NCBI RefSeq assembly: GCF_001194135.2 | Contig: NC_068981.1 | Location: forward strand, 107,220,592-107,274,569 | Reading direction: 5' to 3' | DNA length: 53,978 nucleotides | Source: Octopus bimaculoides | Taxonomy: Eukaryota | In this document: piece after piece, positions 25,122 to 37,209 of the stretch | Position numbering within the stretch: position 1 is the stretch's first letter | How the letters are laid out: every line of letters starts with the position of its first letter | Program-made: the position numbers and the translations under genes | The notes under the pieces: generated by a model | The model's database searches: none | What the model saw: the letters and a program-made list of their open reading frames with translations, nothing else | Told to the model about the DNA's origin: nothing

Positions 25122-25481
25122 TCTTGTGCGGGTGGCACATGAGATGCACCATTTTGAGCGTGGCCGTTGCCAGTACCGCCTGACTGGCTCCTGTAGGATT
25201 TTCGAGCGAGATCGTTGCCAGTGCCCCTGGACTGGCTTGTGCGGGTGGCACATAAAAGACACCATTTCGAGCGTGGTCGTTTTCGTGCGGGTGACACGTA
25301 AAAGCACCCACTACACTCTCTGAGTGGTTGGCGTTAGGAAGGGCATCCAGCTGTAGAAACTCTGCCAAATCAGACTGGAGCCTGGTGTTGCCATCCGGTT
25401 TCACCAGTCCTCAGTCAAATCGTCCAACCCATGCTAGCATGGAAAGCGGACGTTAAACGATGATGATGATGATGATGATGA
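25122..25481 (+). mobile_element. Young family-B copy with internally repeated subunits
   Basis: CpGs intact; gtgcgggtggcaca...accattt..gagcgtgg subunit repeated; ends aacgatgatgatgat. Confidence 0.85.
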
Positions 25482-25892
25482 TATATATATATAAATACAA
25501 AATGGGACAAGAATGCAAAACATGCAGACAGGTGATACAAAAAAGGGACAACAAAACATCCAGATAGATGATACAAGGAAACAAGGACGGGTCATTCGGA
25601 GTTTTCTTTCCTCAGTCGAGTTCCAGATTATCATTGCAATTTTGGCTGGTTATACTCGAGATTGCTCCAATCTGACCAGCCCCAAGGAAAAACTAAGCTA
25701 AGAGCATTAGATTCCTTGGAAGAAAGCAGCGAATGTATACGAAAAGAAGGATGGGAAAAAAAAACAGAGAATGTTACACAAATACAAATAACAGGACATA
25801 GCAACAGGTGTCTTTCGACTAAGGGCGAATTAAGTTAAGCTGGCGTGTGTGGAAATAAGGCCTTGTCGCAGGGATACAAGATTTCATATAAT

Positions 25893-25939
<47 letters not shown>

Positions 25940-25974
25940 ATGTGTGTGTGTGTGTGTGCGTATGTGTGTGTGTG

Positions 25975-26500
25975 TGTAGTCCAAATTTACAGAAAACAAA
26001 AGATGAAGACAGATGTAGGAACAACAAGCAATGTATTAGTTTAACATTCGGGAAGAATGGAAAAGTCTTTTACGTTTTGAGCCTAAGCTCTTTGACAGAA
26101 AAGAACATATGAAGTTCAAAAATTCAGAAAGTTCAAAGTCATGGTAGATTAGTGTGATATACATTCATGAAATAGCCAATAAAACCCAAGGAGGTAGAAT
26201 CCGAAAGAGTACAGAGATACAATGGTAATCCTGGTGGAGTGCTGGTTAGGTTGATGAGGAGAGGTATCGAGAGTTCGAGAATGTAGTTAAGATGAGGGTC
26301 CAAAAGAGTTGGAAGTTCAGTCAGGCAGGATCGAATGGTGGTGACCATGTGAGCATACATAATATATAGTTCAATTTTACAAAAAACAAAAGATGAAGAC
26401 AGGTGTAAGAATAACAAGCAGGTGTATTAGTTTAATGCTTGAGAAGAACAGAAAAGTCTTTTACATTTCAAGCCTACACTCTTCAATAAAAAAGATATAT
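25975..26500 (-). mobile_element. Two ~130-bp direct repeats (about 25980-26105 and 26370-26495) flanking ~260 bp, probably Penelope pseudo-LTR derived
   Basis: aatttacagaaaacaaaagatgaagacag...tgtattagttt...gaaaagtcttttac.ttt..agccta.gctct occurs twice. The - strand has a hammerhead-like layout. Confidence 0.5.
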
Positions 26501-27318
26501 ATATACACACATATATATATATGATGGAGTCTCCCATTGAAGACGACATATGAATGTTCAATTTTTGCTGAATGACCTGTACAAGAAGGGAGACAGGAAA
26601 CAGGAAGTTGAAATGGAGTAGTGCTGGCAGAAAGGCAGAAAAAGAAATATTTTAGAATATATTTGTTTGATGACAGATGCTCTATTTTCCTTCCTCTTTC
26701 GATCTCTCTTTAGTCTCTATATCTCTCTTAGGATACTTACAGAGGAACAGTGCATGAGAAACATACATAAAGACAGAGATATAATAATGAGAGAAGGAGA
26801 AATGATGGTGATAATAGTGGTGGCTTCACAACTCATTTTAGTTAAGTTTGCTGTAAAACCCTTCTTGAGTGAATCCTCAAATCAAGCACTACTGGCTTAA
26901 ATAATGCCAAATATAGTGGATATAGTAGATATAAGAAGAAAAAATGTCATTGGGATGGTCATGGCTGTAAGTCCTTTTAATCATAAGTATGGTTGATCAG
27001 GAATACCTTGAGGATAAACAAGAATGCCAACAACAACAGCAAAAGAGTACAAAATTTTAAAAAAGCTAAATTCAGAAACATCAGCACACAACCTGAACTG
27101 AAAACTCCATTTTAGGTTATTTGTTAAAATACCCTATGTGGCCTTCCCTTTTTAATATAGTATGGTATCATTTGAGAGTGTTATTTTTACCAGGTCAAGC
27201 TATCCCCTTCAGTCTTATTTGTTGGGCTTGTGCATATGAGTATATCCGTGGACATATTTCAGTAATATGATATTTTGAAGTTTAAAACTATCTTTTATAT
27301 ATATATGTAAAATATTAG

Positions 27319-29163
27319 TTATAGAATAAAAACGCTGGGTTAACGACTCAACATATCACACCCCCTCAATGAACATATATAAGATATACAGCATAATCCA
27401 TCAAACATAAGGAATAGGAAGACATAACATAAGAAAAATAACGTATGAAGAAATAATAAATAAAAGAATAAGAAATATATAAGAAGTAAGATGCAAGAAA
27501 TAGAACATATAGTATAAAATTTTATACACAAATATATTATACCAACCAATAACATACAAATGAAAAAAATTGAGTTAAATGTATAACACGATACACATAT
27601 ATATCATTTCATAGAAGTTAAAATTAATACTAATACAATTAAAAATTTCAAATATATAATGTAACGTAGGTCGATATAAAAAATAAAATAAAATAAAGAA
27701 ATGAAGTACCATAAAGTAGTCCATCGGTTAAAAATCAAGGACAGAAATGATTTAACACCATTTAGAGTTAAAACACAAAGTTCTACATCTCCTTCGGGCA
27801 CATTTTACAACTCAAAACCAGTAGACGCCAATAGGCAAGTCCGCACCAGTTAGGCATATACAAGAGTGAATACAAGAGTTCGTTTTCAATTGAAAAATAC
27901 TGTAGCTCTACCACACTCGCCTCTTATTTGCATGACCTCAAGAAGAAGAATATAAAGTACTCTCTTGAATGGTCTATTATATCGAGAGCCCCCTACTTTA
28001 AGGCAAATATTAGTAAATGTTCCTTATGTATTAGGGAATCCCTTGCAATACTCAGGTCTTTTGAACCAAAAACCTTAAATAAATTCACCAAAGTAATCCC
28101 CTTCTGCAACCATAAGTTTTCCTCCACCTTCCTGAAACTGTATAGAAATAAAAAATAAATTTAAAAACAATAGATAATAACAAGTGTAATAGTTTGCGTT
28201 AGGGTGATTTGAAACCTCGAAGATTGGTTTTGATACTGCAGCCTGTTTGACTATTCTAAAATAGCAATTTTTTTTTTTTTTTTAATCTTTCCATTATTTG
28301 CATAGGCTTGTCTAAGGCTGGTCCATATTGACTATATAAATTTACTCTTATCTAAAAATTACTTTCTCCCTTCGTGCATGTTGTGACATTTGTATGTAAG
28401 TTTACCCTGACAAGGGGGGTCATCACCAGTTTGCACTCTGTTGTGTTTGGAATACAGTGGTGTACCCCCGAAATGGGTATAGGTGTTGTACATGGTTTTC
28501 GTGCTGGGTGCTGTATTTGTATTTTTGACCCATGTGTTGTGAACTTTTGGACATGGTGAGCGGAATTCAATTTTACATGTTTTACCTGCTCATACCTGCT
28601 GGGTGCATGTTATTCACTCTTGTATATGCCTAACTGGTGCGGACTTACCTATTGATGTCTACTGGTTTTGAGTTGTAAAATGTGCCCGAAGGGGGATGTA
28701 GAACTTTGTGTTTTAACTCTAAATGGTGTTAAATCATTTCTGTCCTTGATTTTTAACCGATGGACTACTTTATGGTACCTCATTTCTTTATTTTATTTTA
28801 TTTTATTCTTTATATCGACCTACATTATATTATATATTTGAAATTTTTAATCGTATTAGTATTAATTTTAACTTCTATGAAATGATATATATGTGTATTG
28901 TGTTATGCCTTTAACTCAAATTTATTTGTATGTTATCGGTTGAAATAATATATTCGTGTATAACATTTTATACTATGTTCTATTTCTTGCATCTTACTTC
29001 TTATATATTTCTTATTCTTTTATTTCTTATTTCTTCTTACATTATTTTTCTTATGTTATATCTTCCTATTCCTTATGTTTGATGGATTATGTTGTATATC
29101 TTATATATGTTCATTGAGGGGGTGTGATATGTTGAGTCGTTAACCCAGCGTTTTTATTCTATA
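27319..29163. mobile_element. Penelope-derived inverted-repeat structure: arms about 27319-27892 and 28610-29163, with a GIY-YIG C-terminal fragment at 27841-28158 (+)
   Basis: The arms are reverse complements (tatagaataaaaacgctgggttaacgactc ... caagagtgaata). The inner ORF YKSSFSIEKYCSSTTLASYLHDLKKKNIKYSLEWSII...KCSLCIRESLAI...TLNK resembles the Naiad-type endonuclease C-terminus. Confidence 0.8.
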
Positions 29164-29326
29164 ACTAATATTTTACTCTTGTCTCAATTTTTCTGAGCAC
29201 TTCTCCTTGCAGCCCTATATAAAATATATTGGTTTCATAATAAGAAACCATTAATATAACATATAAATATATGTTCCCTGACTCTTTGTTATTATTTACA
29301 TAAAAAATGCTATTATTTTGTTGCAG

Positions 29327-29513
29327 GAATATTAATGGGAACAAAAGGATCTGTTGCTTCATCTTACTGTTCTGATCATGCACCTTTTGCTTTGTTTCCA
29401 TCTGTAATCTTGCGTTCTTTGCTTGAAGAAGCCTACTCTGTGCAAGTTGATTTTAATTTACTAATTCACAAAGTTGCACATGATTATAATTTTCTCTGCA
29501 ACTCACTAAAAAG
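29327..29513 (+). CDS. GSS: GSS coding exon 2: (G)ILMGTKGSVASSYCSDHAPFALFPSVILRSLLEEAYSVQVDFNLLIHKVAHDYNFLCNSLK
   Basis: ttgcag acceptor and AG|GTATTT donor (phase 2). HAPFALFPS...LLEEAYSVQVDFNLL matches human YAPFTLFPS...LLEQAYAVQMDFNLL. Confidence 0.96.
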
Positions 29514-30049
29514 GTATTTGATCATTTTTAACTACTTAAATTCTAATCTATAAATATGTAGAGTTTGACTCATGAAAAACGATATTTGATAATTTCAGCA
29601 ACTTGAATTTCAGTGCATAAAATACACAGAATTTGATTTTTAATACTGATCTTCAGCCACCATATTTTGCCAAGATCTACATAAAAGTGTCAGTTCTTTT
29701 ATTGTTTTACTTGTTACAATCATTTGACTGCAGCCATGCTGGAGCACCACCTTTAGTCAAACAAATTGACCCCTGGACTTATTCTTTGTTAGCCTAGTAC
29801 TTATTCTATTGGCCTCTTTTGCCAAACTGCTAAGTTACTGGTATGTAAACACACCAACGTTGGTTGTCAGGTGATGGTGGGGGGACAATATATGTATATA
29901 TAATTATATAAATTATAATTATATAAATTACAATTATATAATTATAATTAAATAAATAAAATTATAATAATAAGGGCACTAATGAATAGCACCACATGCT
30001 AGAAATAGACACCAAATGGCTCTAAGAACTACAGTTATTTGCTCCATTA

Positions 30050-30452
30050 GCACAGATGCTAGGGTGTGGCACTTTTCAACTTTTCTCTCAAGGTACTTAC
30101 ACTCTGTCGAGTATGCACAATGACATTACACTTCCATCGGAGCATACTGGCTTCATTCCTTGCGAGCTTACGCATGTCCTCAGCAGTCACGGCCCATGTT
30201 TCACTGCCATGTAGCATGGCTGTTCATACACATGCGTCATACAGTCTGCCTTTTACTTTGACTGAGAGGCCCTTTGTCACCAGCAGAGGTAAGAGTTCTC
30301 TAAACTTTGTCCAGGCTATTCTTATTCTAGCAGCTACACTTTCAGCGCACCCTCCCCCGCTACAAACTTGGTCACCTAGGTAGTGGAAGCTATCAACTAC
30401 GTCTAGTTTTTCTCCCTGGAGTGTGACAAAGGTTGTTTTCTGCACATTCTCA
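30050..30452 (-). mobile_element. RTE LINE RT C-terminal fragment, cut by an N-gap
   Basis: VVDSFHYLGDQV.SGGGC..SV.ARIRIAW.KFRELLPLL..KGLS.KVKGRLYDACV. Confidence 0.88.
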
Positions 30453-32109
30453 NNNNNNNNNNNNNNNNNNNNNNNNNNNNNNNNNNNNNNNNNNNNNNNN
30501 NNNNNNNNNNNNNNNNNNNNNNNNNNNNNNNNNNNNNNNNNNNNNNNNNNNNATTTAAATAAATTGTTCTACAAGGTAATTTCTGTTTCTCCTTAAAGAA
30601 CTTTTAAATGATATGTTGCATATTTTTTATTTTCAAAATTAATTCCTAAAATTTCTTAATCATTACTTTTTATTTAACTCATTTGATTCAACATAAGATC
30701 ATCTCCGATTATTTGATACAAAACAACTATTTTAGATGTTCATATTCAAACAAAAACTTGTCATATTTTTCGTTAGAATCTTTTCTTAAATTCTATTTAA
30801 ACACAACCTTCATAATGAAAAATATATGTAATTTACTAAATCCCTACAAACTCTTCATTACGTTAAAAATTAATGAGAAATATGGTAACAAAAAGGTTGG
30901 TGGAGTGTAAATATAATGAATTCTATTAAGAAAATATTCTGACATATATTGAAGCTAAACATTATTTAAGTTACAGTGAAGTACTGTAACCTACTAAGTG
31001 GAGGGTGTGAGAGGAACTTATACACTGCGTCTAATAATGGGACTTATATAATGCTTAATCAGTTATGAAATCAAAGTAGGATATAGAGCATAGAAGATAG
31101 AACCTTTTATTTTAAGATAATGCTTTAAAAAAAAATTAATGTGTTACCACTTTATCAAAATAATGCTTTATCATAGATTAATTTTGGTTAGTTGTTAAAT
31201 GACTCATCTTATATGTAATCAGTGTGACTGATCTAATTTCTTTTATAAATGTTGAATACCAGTTTTTTGAAGTCAGTGAAGTGATTACCTTCACTGCTGC
31301 TACTGTTGTGATTGTTATTTCAAGCATTTTCTTCATTTAGGTTTACTGTTCCCAATTGCCACAATCATTTTAATTTTTATTATTTAATTGCTTGATGCTA
31401 AGTTATATAATTTGATTTTATTTCTGATGTATTTAAGTGATCCCTAGATTTTGTTATATTGTTTGTTTTTTTTCAGTTGTGTAATTATGGCAGTATTTTT
31501 CTGTATTGCTTGTGGATATGTTTTTGTTGATTTTTGGCTCCCCCATAACTATTTTATTGAATGTATGTATTACAGTTTTTGTGTTGGTAATTGTAGTCTT
31601 GAATTTCACTAACTGTAATTCTATCTTTTGGTAGAATTGGTTCCACTGAAGCTTTTATATGTTTATGAAAGCGTTTCTGTTTTATTTGTTGATGTGTGTC
31701 ATTTATGATGATGATGACAATGATGTGGTTGAAAGATTTTTACCCAGGGATTGTTGAATTTTTCTGAGGGGAGTTTATTGCACTTAGGTTGGCATATGAC
31801 TCCTTAAAGATCTATAGGGAGTTTAATTGTAATGCTATTGTGTCTCCTCTTGTTTAATCTATATTTCTATACCATCAGGCATTGTGCGTATTGATGTATC
31901 TTTAAATGATGGAATTTAGGGGTGTATTAAAGTGTTGTATTTTCACCAATCATTGTACTGAATTTCTTTGTAGTTTCAAAGATTCAATGTACAGCAAAAC
32001 CCTTAATGCTGTTGGGTATTAATATAAAAGTAATGATGATGATAATTCTGGTTTTCTGTGTTATGCTATGATTTGGAACAGGCTAATGTCAATTTTTGAT
32101 ATTTCATGT

Positions 32110-32420
32110 TGTCTCTTTGTTTGTGTCTGTCAACTTGTGGGACTGTGTCACAAATGAGATTCTGAAAAGAGTAAGGTCATGACCACTGCAAGAGATTGTA
32201 GCAGAATGTTCATTCCACCTGAGTAGCCATATTCTCCATATGGTTGATTAACAGAACTCAAAAATTGCCATGACTTGGGTACCACCAGTCAGCAATCATA
32301 AAAGGGGTAGGCCAAAAATCGCTTGGTGGTGGACATTTCAAGATGACCTAAAGACAGTCAAAATTACATGGAACGCCACCCAATGTACTGAATGGCACAG
32401 AAGGATCTAAAATGAAAGTT
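32110..32420 (+). mobile_element. Degenerate RTE-like LINE 3' end
   Basis: Translates as ..ILHMVD..TQKIAMTWVPP..N.KRGRPKIAWW.TFQDDLKTVKITWN. Confidence 0.55.
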
Positions 32421-33658
32421 CTGTTTGCATTGGGATGCATACTCAGTATTCTCACTATCTACTGATGTAGTATAGCCCCAAGTCAGTCCTGACTGAGAAG
32501 ATCTATGATGGAAGACATTCCAGTTGTGACCATCCTGTCTTTTTATATATAGAATATCCAGTATGTCCTTTCTCTTTGGCAAGGTCTAATTTGACAAAAT
32601 TTGCTTGCTATTTTTAGCAAATTGAGTGACTGTTTAGAGCTTCCCTCATTAGTTCAACTTATTGACTGTTTTGTACAGGGACATCGCTTTTCATTTTTCT
32701 TTTCTTATTTACCATTGATCTTGTTGCACTTCTGTTTACCTTTTATCTTTGTACTTTGACTCTCTTAGGTTTTGTTTTTTGGTATATTGCTTTCATAATT
32801 CAATTTCTCAAACTGCTGTTACTTTTTTAGATAGTGGACAGTTGTTTGAGGGGTGGTTTACTCAATCCAGTTGTAGCTTTAGTGACTGCACAAAGGTTCC
32901 CTTATTTTAGATATTGGAGAATATTTCTACAGTAATAAATGTACAATTTAAAACATCACTGAAAATAGTACTGACATAAGATGGTAAGCAGTTTCCTGTA
33001 GTAGCTAATCAACACAGGATTGGAGACTTACAGCTTTACAGCAAAAGTGTTGCAGAAGGATTCCAGCCATCCCCATGTGAATAAAAGTGAACTGAGACAT
33101 TTCTATTACATACACAACTGTTGAGTCATCAGCAGTTTGGGTTGGTATGCAGTTCACTGTGAGCCATTGATATAGAGCATTGTGTCTCATGCAATATTAA
33201 TAGTAGTGCTTCATTATATTATATACCCAACATAAGGATACATAAAAAAAGTTTATGGCTAAATAAAATTATGAGTATTTTCTGACACTTCATTATTACC
33301 TCACATTGTATGTAATTTTTTTTTATTTTGCCTTTTTTGTCATGACTAAATATAGACTTTGTTGTACTTCAGGATGGTAATTTTATTTATTTATTTTTTG
33401 CCAAATAAACACATGCACTGTATATATATTTTTTTCTTCACTCATTTATTACTGGTCTAATTTGTTTTATGCCCATTGTCCAGAAATCTTTCACCACACA
33501 TCTGTGACCTCTTCAGTGACTCCTTTCATTTCCGTGTGTGTTCTTGCTCCACTTACTCCATTCTGTTCTTCTAAGATGTGCATCCTTATGTACACATGCA
33601 TTTGTGTGTGTGTGTGTATTTATATTTATGTGTGTGTGTGTGTGTGTGTATTTATACT

Positions 33659-33690
<32 letters not shown>

Positions 33691-34088
33691 TTGTTAGTAA
33701 CAGTGTGGCCTACTCCTCAGCATCATCCTCTCACCCCATTGTGCTGCTACTGTTCTAAGACTCGAGAAAAAATAAATGGTACAGTTCCTGTGTTCCTCTC
33801 TGTGTGTTCACCCATGGTGTTGCCACCGTAGTAGTTGTTGTTGTTATTGCCATCTTTGATGTCACCCCTGCTGCTGGATGTGTTGGTTGTGTTGTTGATA
33901 TCGTTATGGCCATCCCTGAAGTTTCATGTGTGTGTGTTTGTGTGTATGTATATGGATTTGCTTCATATGTATCCATGCCCTTTATATAGTTTTATTTATT
34001 TTATCTAATCCTGTCCTTCATTTATCACAAGTATGTAGCAAATATATATATATATATATATATATAGTCTGTTAAAGTCTGTCATACC

Positions 34089-34129
34089 AGCCATGACGAA
34101 GGGAAATAGCCCTGAAACTCGAGTCGCCT
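34089..34129 (+). ncRNA. Degenerate minimal hammerhead ribozyme (C3 to A)
   Basis: AGCC-ATGACGA-AGGG aaatag CCCT-GAAA-CTCGAG-TC-GCCT. Palindromic ACTCGAGT stem III and GUC triplet; stem I pairs 3 of 4. Confidence 0.6.
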
Positions 34130-34430
34130 TTATATATTTATATTTATATATTTATATATTTGATCCTTTATATTGAACACTCAATATTTCATCTACATTC
34201 AATACTTTCTTTCATGGTGCCATCCATTTTTATTTTATTTTATTTTATATTATATATTGTATATTATATTATATATTGTATATTCCATATTCTATACCCC
34301 ACATTGGTTCTGCAGGAATATAAATAAAACATAAAAAACAGACAGTGTTGGAACTCTTTTAAACTAAATAATATATTCCTCTATACACAATCATACAAAA
34401 AAACCCACCTTTTTTGTATTTATTTTTACT

Positions 34431-34434
<4 letters not shown>

Positions 34435-34503
<69 letters not shown>
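34435..34503. repeat. (TA)n microsatellite; others are (GT)n 25897-25978, (TAT)n(CAT)n 17696-17752, (TA)n 41500-41546, (AAT)n 12126-12150 and (TG)n 33605-33690
   Basis: Read directly from the sequence. Confidence 0.95.
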
Positions 34504-34509
<6 letters not shown>

Positions 34510-35297
34510 TTATTTACTTTCTTTTTATAAATCTATCTCTTTTTCTCATAAGTGTCACAGTAGTAGAGAGGCCTGGTTCCCCTTTAAAATCTCTGATCTG
34601 CAATACCAATCCCTTTGATAAGTCCCCCTGTATGGAGCACAATTGTGTCGTATGTAGGATGAACCCATGAGTTAACTGTAAGGTTATGAATGTAGTGTAT
34701 ATCTTATGATGACTGAGGGATGGTACAGAAACATGATAACTACCTACATAGGAGAGACAGCACACAGCATAGGAGAACATATAGGTGAACGTAGGTGAGA
34801 GCCCAAAGAAGGGAAAAGCTCATCAGCGCTCTACCAACATGCTTTATATAAAACTATATAAAGGGCATGGATACATACAAAGTGAACCCATACGCACACA
34901 CAAACACACATGAAACTTCATGGACGATCATAATGATGTCAACAACACAACTAACACGTTCAGCAGTAGTGGCGGTGCCAACAAGGGCAATAAAAACAAC
35001 AACTACCATGATGGCAACACCATGGGCGAACACAGATATACAGAGGAATACAGGAACTGTACCATTTCTTTTTCTTGGGTCTTAGGATGACAGCAGCAGC
35101 ACAATGGGGTGAGAGGATGGGGCTGAGGGGAAGGCCATACTGCTGCTAAAAACTGACACACACACAAGCATATACCCACACATGCACACACACACACATA
35201 CCCCACCCAAAGACACAAATGCATGCACACATAAAGATACACATCTTAGAAGAACAGAATGGAGTAAGTGGTGCAAGAACACACATGAAAACGTAAA

Positions 35298-35345
35298 GTA
35301 TCACTGAAGAGGTCACAGATGTGTGATGAAAGACTTCCGGACAAT
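35298..35345 (+). ncRNA. Hammerhead-like core in the inverted-repeat arm (mirror copy on - strand at about 33480-33520)
   Basis: CTGAAGA (35304-35310), G GTCACA gatg TGTGAT, GAAA (35328-35331). Stems I and III are degenerate. Confidence 0.4.
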
Positions 35346-36577
35346 GGGCATAAAACAAATTAGAACAGTAATAAACAAGTGAAGAAAAAAAATATATATA
35401 TAGTGTATGTGTTTATTTGGCTAAATAAATAAAATGACCATTCCAGAATACAAGATCTGTTTCAACACATGAGTTTACTTTGGAAATCTTGCAAAATGAA
35501 TTGATAAATGTAAATATAGACTATTATTTTAAAAATATAGTTTAAGACTTCATCTAGCAATTATGGACAAGTGCTATACTATAGAAGTTTTGAGGAAAAT
35601 TAGATTGTTGCTTTTCCTTTCAAAATGTAACACCAACAATGGTGAAACTTTGGTAGTGCTATCACAAAGTTTGTTCCAAAGCAATATTCTTCAAAAAGAA
35701 TGCATTTTTTGAGAATATCATAGTGAACATTATATTGAAATTAAAAGGAATAGACAGTACACATGTATTCATATGAAATTTTTGTGTGTTTTTTTTGCCA
35801 ATTATTTTGTTTCATTTTGAAATGCAGGTTAATAATGATGAAGCAGCCATTTCTTCCTCACAAAGGAGTTTTTATCCATAAATAAACTTTACAATCATGT
35901 TTGATGTATGTTAGTGGAAGACAAACCTACAAGGATAGTACTTCTTGCCATTTATAAGGGAAGACTTTACTATGATAAAGTAATTGAATTAACTTAGACT
36001 CTTTTGATATGTATGTGATAAATTGAAATAGATGAGCTAATTAATTGAAATAAGGTAAGCTAATTGATTGAAATTTGATGAAGGATAACCTCAGGACATT
36101 GAACTTTTTTGAGGAAATGACAAAGGATTGAGATATCTGGTACCTTACTGGACTGAAGAAGATCTGACCTCCACAGTTGTATTGTTAAGGCTGCTTCTTC
36201 TAATGATGATTGGCCTACAATAGTCCTATACCAGTGCCACATTAAAAGCACTCATACTGGTGCTATGTTAAAAGCACCCAGCACACTGTAAAATGGTTGG
36301 CATTAGGAAGGGCATCTAGCTGTAGAAACCAAGCCAAATCAGACTGGAACCTAGTGCAACTCTCTGGCATGTCAGCTCTGATCAGACCATCCCAACCATG
36401 CCAGCATGGTAAGTGGTTGTTAAAGTATGATGATGAGTGACATATTACAACCATTGACTTTTGATTCAGATGTGAAGAGAAAAGAAATTTCTAGTTTTCA
36501 TTTCTAATAAAAATGTATATTTCCCAAAATTATATTGCTCAACATGAGTAAATGAGTTATCTATGCACAACAATATA

Positions 36578-36894
36578 CAGTGGTTCTTCTGTTTATGAAC
36601 ACCTCTCATCACAAATGAATCGGTTTATGAACACTTTTTTTTAAACATAAATGTCTTGGGTTATGAATGGTGTCTGGAATAATGAATACACAAGCAGGAA
36701 CAATGATTAGCAACAAGCTAAGAGTATCAGTGGAAGAACATCAGTTGTTCTCTGACTTTCACTCAGTTCATATCTTTGCATGAATCCACGGTGCCTTGAA
36801 TTTCCTATGGGGAAAAATAGTTTTGGTTTATGAACTTTTCAGGTGATGAATGACTTTCAAGAATGAATTATATTCAGAAACCAAGGTTCCGCTC
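36578..36894. mobile_element. Tigger/pogo-like MITE
   Basis: TA + cagtggttcttctgttt ... aaccaaggttccgctc + TA: imperfect CAGTGG-type TIRs with internal tttatgaac repeats. Confidence 0.55.
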
Positions 36895-36965
36895 TATATT
36901 TAATTTTGCGCTAAAATAATTTTGGTCTCACAACCTCCAGAGAGAGTATATAATTCAATAGCGGA

Positions 36966-37023
36966 ATAGCAGTCACAGTTTAGATAGCAGTTACAGTTTA
37001 GATAGCAGTTACAGTTTAGATAG
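36966..37023. repeat. 18-bp minisatellite, about 3.2 copies (atagcagttacagtttag)
   Basis: Units start at 36966, 36984 and 37002. Confidence 0.9.
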
Positions 37024-37127
37024 TTCTGTTCAGCTTCCTTGGAATCAGAATTTTGAATATGCTATAAAAATATTAGTACTAGTATGTTTTGATATACTAC
37101 CTCTGTAATAATTATTTTACAATTCAG

Positions 37128-37209
37128 TGTTATTGAAGTTGATGATTTCACTAAAAACATGTGGGAAATTTATGAAGCTACACTTAAGCAAGATGATAAA
37201 AGAAAGCAG
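37128..37209 (+). CDS. GSS: GSS coding exon 3: (S)VIEVDDFTKNMWEIYEATLKQDDKRKQ
   Basis: ttcag acceptor and CAG|GTTAGT donor. DDFTKNMWEIY matches human DDFTARLFDIH. Phase 2 in, phase 0 out. Confidence 0.93.

Larger units (their letters stand above)
33361..35455. mobile_element. Second Penelope-derived inverted-repeat structure: arms about 33361-33993 and 34849-35455, with a GIY-YIG fragment at about 34560-34845 (+)
   Basis: The arms are reverse complements (...ccatgccctttatatagtttt versus aaaactatataaagggcatgg...). The spacer encodes frameshifted CVVC..NCKVMNVVY...TYIGETAHSIGE...SSALYQH and carries the 34089 hammerhead. Confidence 0.75.

Noticed and set aside
24296-25404. Long ORFs of 250-340 aa (also 11036-11629, 19367-19843 and 41357-41650)
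   Set aside because: They are open only because they run through N-gaps; the flanks are repeats.
25385-25420. CTGAGGA...GAAA on the - strand of family-B repeats as a hammerhead
   Set aside because: Only ctggt separates the two motifs, so there is no stem II; other copies read ctgggga or gaacc.
27165-27215. Hammerhead remnants at 27165-27215 (-) and about 28195-28225 (+)
   Set aside because: Core and GAAA are both altered and stems I and III are absent.
31200-32000. A further Penelope endonuclease remnant on the - strand
   Set aside because: Only vague Cys-spaced similarity; no motif could be read without many frameshifts.
35540-35920. maT/DD37D-like transposase remnant
   Set aside because: Faint resemblance (M..YTIE..., DEA.F) with no TIRs found; too decayed to call.
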